Of a DNA stretch of 32,000 nt, positions 23,584 to 31,300 are shown piece by piece (within the stretch, counting starts at the first letter, position 1; each line of letters starts with the position of its first letter). The notes beneath the pieces are model-generated. The model did no database searches. It was not told the origin of the DNA and worked only from the letters and a program-made list of their open reading frames with translations. The stretch spans positions 900,001-932,000 of the forward strand of contig CAVRAI010000015.1 in NCBI GenBank assembly GCA_963718915.1, written 5' to 3'. Source of the DNA: an uncultured Chloroflexia bacterium. Lineage in GTDB: Bacteria > Chloroflexota > Ktedonobacteria > Ktedonobacterales > JADMIN01. The position numbers were made by a program, and so were the translations under genes.

Positions 23584-25683
23584 TCAGGTCAGACGGTGGC
23601 GGTCGCCGGGCATGGAGTCATGCTCGCGCAGGCGTTCGACCAGCCACGTCTCGTCGTGAATTGGCACGCCCAGCTTCTCTGCCTTCGCCAGCTTGCTGCC
23701 CGCCGCCTCGCCGACGATCAGGTGGCTTAGCGACTTGCTGACGCCGCTGGCAATCTTGCCGCCAAGCGCGGTGATAGCCTGCTCCGCCTGGCCGCGCGTC
23801 AATTGCCCCAGTGAGCCGGTCAGCAGGAACGTCTCGCCAGCGAACGGACGATTTGCCGTATCCTGGTCAGCCTCGGTACCTTCTGGAACCGTCAGCGTTA
23901 GGCCAGCCGCCTTCAGCCGCGCGGCGAACTCGCGATTCGTCGGGAGTTGCGCCCAGTTATAGACGCTCTCGGCGATCTTCTCGCCAATGCCCGCCAGCGC
24001 GGCGATCTGCTCCTGTGAGGCGTCGAGCAGCGCCTCCATCGAACGCAGCCCCTCGGCAAGCGTCTCAGCGGCTTTGTAGCCGACGTAGCGGATGCCAATG
24101 GCGTTGAGCACATCCGCGAATGAACGTGCGCGGCTGACCGCGATGGAATTGAGCAGATTGGTGGCGCTCTTATGCTGGAATCCTGGCAGCGTCAGCACCT
24201 GTTCCTCGGTCAGTGAGTAGAGATCGGCGACATCGGTCACCAGATGCTGCTCGACCAGCCGTTCCGCGATGGCGTCGCCCAGGCCACGAATATCCATCAC
24301 CGCCGAGAAGTGGATGATGCGTTCGGTGCGTTGCGCTGGGCAGTCAGTGTTGGTGCAATAGTTGTCAGCCTCGCCGTCGGCTCGGAAGACCGGGGAGCCA
24401 CAGATTGGGCAGGTTGTCGGGAACGTCCACGGTTTCTCGCTGCCGTCGCGCAGCTCCACCAGCGGCTTGACGATGCCGGGAATGACATCGCCGTGGCGCT
24501 GGACTACCACGATATCGCCGATCATCAGGTTCTTCCGGCGAATCTCGTCCTCATTGAAAAGCTGTGCGCGCGAGACGGTGACGCCGCCCAGTGGTATCGG
24601 CTCCAGTCGGGCGTTCGGTGTCAGTTTGCCCGTCCGCCCAACCGTGACGACGATATCGAGCAGGCGCGTGTTACCCTCGACCGGCGCGAACTTGTAGGCA
24701 ATCGCCCAGCGCGGGTCGCGATTGACCGCGCCCAGCTCGTCCTGCTGCCAGCGGTCGTTGATCTTGATGACCGCGCCATCGATGTCATAGCCGACGGTGA
24801 AGCGCTCCGCGGCGGTCTGGTCGCAGTACGCCTGCGCCTCTTCGAGCGTCTCAACATGTTTGGCGCGCGGGCTGACCGGAAAGCCCCATCCCCGCAGCCA
24901 TTCCAGCACCTCCACCTGGGAGCGTGGCTCCGGGGCGCCGTCGATCTGACCAATCTGATAGGCGAGGAACGAAAGTGGACGGCTTGCCGTGACACTAGCG
25001 TCTTTCTGGCGCAGTGATCCCGCCGCCCCGTTGCGGGCGTTGGCAAAGAGGCGCGGTGTTGTGCCTGCCTGTTCGGCCTCGGCAGCCAGTCGCTCGTTGA
25101 GCGCCTCGAAGTCCTCCCGCCGCATGTAGACCTCGCCGCGAATCTCGATGCGCTCCGGGATGGGGATCGCATCCACCTGCTTCAACTGGTGTGGGATATT
25201 GCCGATGGTGCGCACGTTGTTGGTCACCTCTTCGCCCACCGCTCCATCGCCGCGAGTGACGCCAGACACGAGGCGGCTACGCTCATAGGTGAGATTCATG
25301 CTCAGGCCGTCGATCTTCGGTTCGCAGACATAGGAGAACGTTGTATTAGGCAGAAGCCGCTGCGCGCGCTGCTGCCAGGCGCGTAGCTCATCGGGGGCGC
25401 GCACGTTTGCCAGGCTGAGCATGGGGGTGCGATGGCGTACTTTCGCGAATCCTACAGCGGCCTCACCGCTGACTTGCTGTGTTGGCGAGTCGGGCGTAAT
25501 CAGCGCTGGATAGTCCTCTTCGAGCGCGCGTAGCTCGCGCATCAGCGTGTCGTACTCCGCGTCGGAGATGAGCGGATTATCGAGGGCATAGTAGGCGTGA
25601 TCCGCCGCGACAATACGCTCGCGCAACTCGACGATGCGGGCGGCTACCTGTGGGTCGTCGTCTCCGATGTTATCCGCGCTCAT
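23584..25683 (-). CDS. ligA: NAD-dependent DNA ligase
   Basis: HAYYALDNPLISDAEYD, adenylation motif CEPKIDGLS, four-Cys Zn finger CPICGSPV...CTNTDCPAQ, HhH repeats, C-terminal BRCT (GETFLLTGSL). Confidence 0.97.
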   Translation of the reverse strand: MSADNIGDDDPQVAARIVELRERIVAADHAYYALDNPLISDAEYDTLMRELRALEEDYPALITPDSPTQQVSGEAAVGFAKVRHRTPMLSLANVRAPDELRAWQQRAQRLLPNTTFSYVCEPKIDGLSMNLTYERSRLVSGVTRGDGAVGEEVTNNVRTIGNIPHQLKQVDAIPIPERIEIRGEVYMRREDFEALNERLAAEAEQAGTTPRLFANARNGAAGSLRQKDASVTASRPLSFLAYQIGQIDGAPEPRSQVEVLEWLRGWGFPVSPRAKHVETLEEAQAYCDQTAAERFTVGYDIDGAVIKINDRWQQDELGAVNRDPRWAIAYKFAPVEGNTRLLDIVVTVGRTGKLTPNARLEPIPLGGVTVSRAQLFNEDEIRRKNLMIGDIVVVQRHGDVIPGIVKPLVELRDGSEKPWTFPTTCPICGSPVFRADGEADNYCTNTDCPAQRTERIIHFSAVMDIRGLGDAIAERLVEQHLVTDVADLYSLTEEQVLTLPGFQHKSATNLLNSIAVSRARSFADVLNAIGIRYVGYKAAETLAEGLRSMEALLDASQEQIAALAGIGEKIAESVYNWAQLPTNREFAARLKAAGLTLTVPEGTEADQDTANRPFAGETFLLTGSLGQLTRGQAEQAITALGGKIASGVSKSLSHLIVGEAAGSKLAKAEKLGVPIHDETWLVERLREHDSMPGDRHRLT

Positions 25684-25725
25684 CTGCTATTACTCCTGCA
25701 TATGGCTTTCAATCCGACCTGCCCG

Positions 25726-25734
25726 AGTGTATCA
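25726..25734 (-). promoter_or_regulatory. Extended -10 TGATACACT for ligA
   Basis: Minus strand reads TGATACACT, about 40 nt upstream of the ATG at 25683, with a GCAGGAG RBS in between. Confidence 0.45.
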
Positions 25735-25885
25735 TATCGGCCCCTAGTGGCTTATGTGGATACAATATTATTCTCCCGCTATACCATCCAATCGGTCACT
25801 GCGACAAAACGTTACAAACGTTCTGGCGTGCGCCGCGGCCAGTGAAGATTCGCCACGGCGTCTATATCAATCTGACTGCGGAACA

Positions 25886-25894
25886 TGATACGAT
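25886..25894 (+). promoter_or_regulatory. Extended -10 TGATACGAT for the aldehyde dehydrogenase gene
   Basis: Read directly, about 70 nt upstream of the ATG at 25967 (RBS GAGGAG). Confidence 0.35.
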
Positions 25895-25966
25895 GCGCGT
25901 GAAGCACCGAGGCACACACACGCCCGAATACGTCCGCGGACAGTTAGTTCCGAACTGAGGAGTCTC

Positions 25967-27376
25967 ATGAGCATCGAATCGATCAATCCAGCCACGGGCG
26001 AGGTCATCGAGACGTTTGAACCGTTTACCGCACAGCAAATTGACGAGACCCTGGCGCGTGCGCGCAAGACCTATCTCCACTGGCGCACCACCTCCTTTGC
26101 CGAGCGCGGAGCCCTGATGCGGCGGGTAGCCGCCACCTTGCGCGCCCAGAAAGCCGAACTGGCGCGTGTCGCGACGCTCGAAATGGGCAAGACACTCACC
26201 GAGTCTGAGGCCGAGGTCGAGAAGTGCGCCTGGAACTGCGATTATTACGCCGAGAACGCCGAGATTTTCCTAGCGCCTGAGCATATCGCCACGAACGCCG
26301 CCGAGAGCTACGTCGAGTTTACCCCGATTGGTGTCGTGCTGGCGATCATGCCGTGGAACTTCCCCTACTGGCAGGTAATCCGCTTTGCCGCGCCCGCCAT
26401 CATGGCTGGCAACACCGCCGTCTTGAAGCATGCCTCGAACGTCTCGCGTTGCGCGCTGGAGATCGAGCGTATCTTCCGCGATGCCGACGCGCCCGACGGC
26501 CTCTTCAGCACGATCCTGGTTCCAGGCGCTGAGGTCGAGCGGATTATCGCCGACCCGCGTATCGCCGCCGTCACGCTGACCGGCAGCACTCCCGCTGGCA
26601 TGCAGGTGGCTGGGGCGGCTGGGCGCGCCATCAAGAAATCGGTGTTGGAGTTAGGCGGCTCGGATGCCTTTATCGTGCTGGCAGATGCCGACCTGGACGC
26701 CGCCGCCGCGATGGCGGTGCGCTCGCGCTTTCAGAACGCCGGGCAGAGCTGTATCGCCGCCAAACGCTTCATCGTCGAGGAGCCGGTGGCCGATGCCTTC
26801 GCCCAGAAATTTGCCGAGGAGGCCAGCAAGCTGCGCATGGGCGATCCGCTGGATGGGCAGACGCAGATGGGGCCGATGGCGCGCGCTGACCTGCGCGATG
26901 GACTGGCGGATCAGGTAGAGCGCTCGGTGGCGATGGGCGCGCGGGTGGTTCTGGGCGGCAAGGCAGGCGACGGCGCAGGCGCTTTCTATCCGCCGACCAT
27001 CATCACGGGCGTCACGACGGAGATGCCGCTCTTCCGCGAGGAGACGTTCGGCCCGGTGGCGGCGGTGATTCGCGCGCGTGATGCGGAGCATGCCGTGGAG
27101 CTGGCCAACGACTCGGAGTTTGGCCTCGGCGGCAATCTCTGGACCGGAGATATCGAACGCGGGAGGCAGCTTGCGCGGCGGCTGGAATCGGGCGCGGTCT
27201 TCATCAATGGCATGACCGCCTCCGACCCGCGCCTGCCCTTTGGCGGAGTGAAGCAGAGCGGCTACGGACGCGAGCTTTCATCGTTTGGCATCCGCGAGTT
27301 CGTGAACATCCAGACGGTCTGGATTGGCCCGGCCTCTGCCGCCAACACGCCGCCTGTCAGCGTCGCCGCTGAGTAA
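25967..27376 (+). CDS. NAD(P)-dependent aldehyde dehydrogenase, succinate-semialdehyde dehydrogenase-like
   Basis: INPATGE..., PWNFPYWQV, catalytic LELGGSDA and QNAGQSCIAAKR, EETFGPV. The substrate assignment is family-level only. Confidence 0.85.
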   Translation: MSIESINPATGEVIETFEPFTAQQIDETLARARKTYLHWRTTSFAERGALMRRVAATLRAQKAELARVATLEMGKTLTESEAEVEKCAWNCDYYAENAEIFLAPEHIATNAAESYVEFTPIGVVLAIMPWNFPYWQVIRFAAPAIMAGNTAVLKHASNVSRCALEIERIFRDADAPDGLFSTILVPGAEVERIIADPRIAAVTLTGSTPAGMQVAGAAGRAIKKSVLELGGSDAFIVLADADLDAAAAMAVRSRFQNAGQSCIAAKRFIVEEPVADAFAQKFAEEASKLRMGDPLDGQTQMGPMARADLRDGLADQVERSVAMGARVVLGGKAGDGAGAFYPPTIITGVTTEMPLFREETFGPVAAVIRARDAEHAVELANDSEFGLGGNLWTGDIERGRQLARRLESGAVFINGMTASDPRLPFGGVKQSGYGRELSSFGIREFVNIQTVWIGPASAANTPPVSVAAE

Positions 27377-27391
27377 GTTGGCGACTGTAAC

Positions 27392-27400
27392 TGCTACAAT
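27392..27400 (+). promoter_or_regulatory. Extended -10 TGCTACAAT, 7 nt before the phosphatase ATG (leaderless arrangement)
   Basis: Read directly. No Shine-Dalgarno sequence is possible between the element and the ATG at 27408. Confidence 0.45.
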
Positions 27401-27407
27401 TGGGTAT

Positions 27408-28382
27408 ATGAGCGTGAAGAAGCGCAGGTTGCTCGGGCGTTTGCCGGTCGCGGATATCGCGCGGCTGTTGCTGCATCCGGGCTGCCTGCGCCCTGTTGTC
27501 CGCTGGTATGGCAGCATGCTGCGCCAGCGGATTGCGCGGCGCCTGAAACGAGAGACGCCCGCCGAGTTTGCGACGAGGTTCATGAGCACACCCACACCAG
27601 ACACACCAGCCGATACGTCTACGTCCGGCAAACCCGCCACGCCGCCGAAGACGCGCGTGCTATTGCTTGTCCGCCATGGGCAGGCGACGTATAACGTCGA
27701 GGGACGGCATCCCGGTCAACTGCCCGGCATTCCTCTCACCGACGAGGGACGACGCCAGGCGCATCGCGCCGCGGTCGCGCTTTCGGCGCTGCCCCTGAGT
27801 GCGATCATCTCCAGCCCTTTGGAGCGCGCTGCCGAGACGGCGGAGATCATCGCCAGGGGCTGGGGGCTGACGGTGCGCACCGATCCGCGCCTGATGGATA
27901 CGAACGTGGGCCAGTGGGCGGGCCAGAAAATCGACGAGATCGCAAAGACCGACCCAGCCTGGAAAACCTTCGTCGCCAATCCCGACGAGCCGCCAGCGGG
28001 CGTCGAGAGCTTCTCCGAGGTGCAGGCGCGCGCCGTCGCGGTGGCCAGAGAGGCGTTGGCCAATCCGGACAATGGCGACTATATTGTGCTGGTGGCGCAT
28101 GGCGACGTGGTCAAGCTCATCCTGGCGCAGTATATGAATACGCCGATTCGCTGTGTGCCATTTTTGGCCATCGGCAATGCATCCATCAGCGGAATGGCGT
28201 TCACGGGCGACTCGCCGCCGCAGATCCTGGCAACCAACTGGACGCCCGATCCGCGCTGGCTGGTCGCGCCCGCCACGCCCGTCACGCCCGCCACGCCCGC
28301 CACGCCTCTTCAGCCGACACAGGACGCTCCTGAGACGCCGCAAACGGCGGATGGCGGCCAGGAGACCTCGACCAATGGCTAA
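27408..28382 (+). CDS. Histidine phosphatase (PGM/cofactor-dependent mutase superfamily) with a basic N-terminal extension and a Pro/Thr-rich tail
   Basis: Core LLLVRHGQATYN (RHG motif), SSPLERAAETAEI, VLVAHGDVV. Start is ATG 27408; an alternative is ATG 27582 (after GACGAGG), which removes the extension. Confidence 0.8.
   Translation: MSVKKRRLLGRLPVADIARLLLHPGCLRPVVRWYGSMLRQRIARRLKRETPAEFATRFMSTPTPDTPADTSTSGKPATPPKTRVLLLVRHGQATYNVEGRHPGQLPGIPLTDEGRRQAHRAAVALSALPLSAIISSPLERAAETAEIIARGWGLTVRTDPRLMDTNVGQWAGQKIDEIAKTDPAWKTFVANPDEPPAGVESFSEVQARAVAVAREALANPDNGDYIVLVAHGDVVKLILAQYMNTPIRCVPFLAIGNASISGMAFTGDSPPQILATNWTPDPRWLVAPATPVTPATPATPLQPTQDAPETPQTADGGQETSTNG
28268..28306 (+). repeat. In-frame 9-bp tandem repeat (GCCCGCCAC, about 4.3 copies) encoding PATPVTPATPATP
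   Basis: Read directly in the 3' end of the phosphatase gene. Confidence 0.8.
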
Positions 28383-28463
28383 ATTCGTGCGTACTATGCA
28401 GATATGACATCGCCAACTTCCTGAGCGACCAAGGCACAGGCAATCCGAGAGCGAGTACTGCCA

Positions 28464-29348
28464 ATGTTTGATCCCCGCATTCCCTATCAGCGCCGCATGT
28501 GGCATTACGATTCTGACCGGCCACTCTCGGTTGCCCAGTTGATTGCGTTCGGCAGCCTGGATGCCCGCACGGCTGCGCTGCTCTGGCTGCTGGTTGAGCG
28601 TCATCAGTCGGTCATCGTCTCGGGGCCAACCGATCCGACGCCAGGTATCGGCAAGACGACCACCCTCAACGCGCTGCTCGGCTTTCTGCCTCCGGGGAGC
28701 ACGCTGGTCTACACGACAGGCATGTATGAGGACTTCGGCTTCCGCGACGAGGTAGACCCCGCGACGACCTGCGTGTTGGCCAACGAAGTGAGCAACCATC
28801 TGCGCATCTACATGTGGGGCGATGTCGCGCGCGCGCTGTTGCGCCTGCCTGGGGACGGCTACGCCGTCGCCACCTCGTGCCACGCCGACACCATACAGGA
28901 TGTCCTCTCGATGCTCCGGCGCGATCTGCGGCTGCCTGCCGACGACGTACGCGGGCTGGGCGTCATCATCAACATTGGCATTGTGGGGCGGGTCTGGCCG
29001 CCGCGCCGCCGCTTTCTCACCGTTAACTTCCTCGCGCACCAGTCGCCCGATGGTGCGCCGAACGATGTCCGGCTGATTTCGCTGGCCGAGTGGCAGGCGA
29101 GCAACGACACCTTCACCCCCGCAACGCAGGAAGCGCTAGCTGAGGTCGCCGCTGTCGTCGGGATGCCGCTGGGCGAGTTCTGCGCCGCCCTCGAACGCCG
29201 CCAGCTTCTGCTGGAGCAGCTATCAGAGGGGCGTGGTGTCGGCCCCAGCCGCATGCGTGACGCGGTTGATGCACTGATTGCCTCCGAACAGGAAGCATCG
29301 TCCGACGATGCGGAGAGCGATTCAGAGGATGAAGGCGCTGGCGACTGA
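28464..29348 (+). CDS. Divergent, minimal VirB11/CpaF/GspE-like (T2SS/T4P/T4SS-type) ATPase domain protein with an atypical P-loop and acidic tail
   Basis: By-eye match to secretion ATPases: LDARTAALLWLLVERHQSVIVSG-PTDPTPGIGKTTTLNALLGFLPPGSTLV...YED (Walker A and Asp box), CVLANEV (Walker B Glu), ATSCHADT (His box). Confidence 0.55.
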   Translation: MFDPRIPYQRRMWHYDSDRPLSVAQLIAFGSLDARTAALLWLLVERHQSVIVSGPTDPTPGIGKTTTLNALLGFLPPGSTLVYTTGMYEDFGFRDEVDPATTCVLANEVSNHLRIYMWGDVARALLRLPGDGYAVATSCHADTIQDVLSMLRRDLRLPADDVRGLGVIINIGIVGRVWPPRRRFLTVNFLAHQSPDGAPNDVRLISLAEWQASNDTFTPATQEALAEVAAVVGMPLGEFCAALERRQLLLEQLSEGRGVGPSRMRDAVDALIASEQEASSDDAESDSEDEGAGD

Positions 29349-29559
29349 CGTAAAAAAGCTGGTGTCCACCGCGTCCTTAAAGTATTGCGAATAATTACGA
29401 CGTGTTGGGGCGTGAAGGAACCAAACCGACCCGTTCTGCGTACTCTCAGTAGGAAGTGATGCGCGGAGTGGCCCAGATTGTGCTATGGATGGGCTTTGAG
29501 GAATGGCAGAGCTATGGGCGGAGATGACGTCGCGGTTGATGAGGACGAGGGTGATTGCG

Positions 29560-29787
29560 ATGCAACGATATGACGAGACTCGTGAGGATACGAAGAAACA
29601 GCAGTCCACCCAGGTGACGAATGCTGACCTATCCAGAGCCATCGCGCAGAAGCGACTGCCATTTGTGCGGGTAGGCGACCAGTATATTGTGCGCCAGGAT
29701 GACGTGCGCAAATTGCGCGCGCGACGCCATGAGCGGCCTGAGTCGTCACCGAAGAGCGACACGCTAGAGATGGGCCGCACGGCGTAA
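29560..29787 (+). CDS. Small putative DNA-binding protein (excisionase/MerR-like HTH_17 remnant)
   Basis: SRAIAQKRLPFVRVGDQYIVRQDDVRKL resembles the recognition helix and wing of excisionase-type HTH proteins. The ATG at 29560 is preceded by GAGGGTGA. It overlaps the convergent gene end by 24 nt. Confidence 0.35.
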   Translation: MQRYDETREDTKKQQSTQVTNADLSRAIAQKRLPFVRVGDQYIVRQDDVRKLRARRHERPESSPKSDTLEMGRTA

Positions 29788-30930
29788 GGCGGGCCACGCC
29801 GAGAGGACATCGCCAAGCCTGTTCGACTCGTTTCCCCAGCATGGCTCGGCATAGTAGCAGCCAATCCAGCGCCTGGTGGCGTCGTGGCTGAAGTATGTGA
29901 GCGCGTGGGCGATCATATAGCAGTTGATGGCCGGATCGCGCGAAAGCACCGACGCCCACCAGTTATCCGCCGTCTGCACGCCTGTCGTCGTATCGATGCC
30001 CGACATGATCGAGTCAATCGTGCTCGCGGGGAAGGCGCAGCTATAGCCGCCGCATGTTGGTACCGTCCCCTGGCTGCGGTCGTAGTCCAGCACGCTCTGG
30101 CCGACCTTCTGCACCATCTGTGTATCATTGGGGTTGCCGTAGAGGTCGGCGAAGGCGTTTTTCAGCACATAGATGACTGAAAACTGGTTGCCATAGCCAA
30201 GCTGCCAGAAGCTCGCGTGTGGGCAGTTCTGGATATTAGAGAAATAGTTGTAGCCAGCGCGTGGCGGATAGTTCGCGCAGTTGCTGTAATTGATTCGCCC
30301 GCGAATGCCCTCTGAATGCGTCCACCAGACCAGCATTTCCGGCTCGATATTCTCGTGATACCGTCGATCATAGGCAGCCGTTGCCTTATAGGCGAATGGC
30401 AGCATGTAGACCAGCCGATTGAACTCCGCGCTGCCGATAGAGAGCGGATTTGACGGATAATCGAAGCCGTACTTGGCGACATAGTGAGATGGGTCAGTGA
30501 AATCTGGCGCGGGCGGCGGTGTCGGCGTTGGCGCCGGGCCGCCAAAGTTCGCCAGTGCGATCCACTGGCCTGGGGCCAGTCCCGATGTCGTGAGCAGCCC
30601 GGTCGTATTCACGAGCACGCCGATAAGTATGACCGCCAGCGCGAAAACGGTGAGCGCCTTGCGATGTGTGCTCAAGACATGCAATGGGCCAACAAATCGC
30701 CGACTAACACGGCGCGCACTGTGCCGTACGCTGCTTTGTGATGGCTCGTTGCCGGGCACCAGAACCACATCGACCCCCGGCGGAACCTTCGGCTTTTTTT
30801 TGCCAGCACGTACGACGGCACGATTCTGGCGCGCGGGCGCTGGCTCAACTTGCATTGACTCGCGGGCACGGCGGATCAGGCCGCGCTGCGGTTTCTCTTT
30901 CGTCGTATTCGTCGTATTCGTCGTGGTCAT
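29764..30930 (-). CDS. Bitopic membrane protein: basic juxtamembrane segment, one TM helix, Pro-rich linker, roughly 290-aa Cys-rich extracytoplasmic domain of unknown function (C-terminal part of a probably frameshifted gene)
   Basis: TM helix ALTVFALAVILIGVLVNTTGLL, linker GGPAPTPTPPPAP, ectodomain with 8 Cys. High GC3 from about 30895 downward. The track ORF upstream of 30930 overlaps the HMG-CoA lyase gene and is rich in rare codons, so it is rejected. Confidence 0.6.
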   Translation of the reverse strand: MTTTNTTNTTKEKPQRGLIRRARESMQVEPAPARQNRAVVRAGKKKPKVPPGVDVVLVPGNEPSQSSVRHSARRVSRRFVGPLHVLSTHRKALTVFALAVILIGVLVNTTGLLTTSGLAPGQWIALANFGGPAPTPTPPPAPDFTDPSHYVAKYGFDYPSNPLSIGSAEFNRLVYMLPFAYKATAAYDRRYHENIEPEMLVWWTHSEGIRGRINYSNCANYPPRAGYNYFSNIQNCPHASFWQLGYGNQFSVIYVLKNAFADLYGNPNDTQMVQKVGQSVLDYDRSQGTVPTCGGYSCAFPASTIDSIMSGIDTTTGVQTADNWWASVLSRDPAINCYMIAHALTYFSHDATRRWIGCYYAEPCWGNESNRLGDVLSAWPALRRAAHL

Positions 30931-31180
30931 CGTAAGCGCCACGGCGGGTATCTGGTGGGCGCTGTACCGAAGACATTGTGGGCAAGGTAATCGCCGGGAT
31001 GACGACGGTCGCGCGCCTGGTGTCCTCAGGCTCGTCGTCGGGGTCGCCATAGACGCGGCCAAATTCGTCGCCGTCCCACGAGGCAAATGGAGCAAAATCA
31101 TCGGGTTCGCCGTTGCGCCGCTGCCACGAAGGTAGATCGCGTTTCTGCGGTCGCCGTCCGTTATTTTGCCCTTTGCCCAT
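30845..31180 (-). CDS. Acidic, disordered 111-aa ORF; probably the true N-terminus of the downstream membrane protein, separated by a +1 frame change
   Basis: The ATG at 31180 has its own promoter (31242-31271) and a GGAAGG/GGGAGG purine tract upstream. Codon usage is good up to about 30900. The stop at 30845 lies inside the other frame's coding region. Confidence 0.45.
   Translation of the reverse strand: MGKGQNNGRRPQKRDLPSWQRRNGEPDDFAPFASWDGDEFGRVYGDPDDEPEDTRRATVVIPAITLPTMSSVQRPPDTRRGAYDDHDEYDEYDERETAARPDPPCPRVNAS
30899..30925 (-). repeat. 9-bp tandem repeat (minus strand ACGACGAAT x3, last copy imperfect) at the frame-switch region
   Basis: Plus strand reads ttcgtcgta ttcgtcgta ttcgtcgtg. 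It encodes DEYDEYDE in one frame and TTNTTNTT in the other. Confidence 0.8.
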
Positions 31181-31241
31181 GCCTCCCAGCCTTCCTGCGC
31201 CGTCGGGACTTCTCCGTTACTTGCGCTTGCCGCCGGAAGGA

Positions 31242-31271
31242 AGCATATGCCTGGGACTAGCTCAACCGCAA
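31242..31271 (-). promoter_or_regulatory. Candidate promoter TTGCGG-N18-TATGCT for the gene starting at 31180
   Basis: Plus-strand ccgcaa at 31266-31271 and agcata at 31242-31247, in the 120-bp gap after the HMG-CoA lyase stop. Confidence 0.35.
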
Positions 31272-31300
31272 CGCGACCCCCCAAAAGGCACGACTTGGCA

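Noticed and set aside
28383-31300. Possibility that the ATPase/HTH/membrane-protein patch is a prophage or integrative-element remnant
   Set aside because: There is no integrase, transposase, att-like direct repeat or flanking tRNA, and composition looks similar to the neighbouring genes. The small HTH is only weakly excisionase-like.
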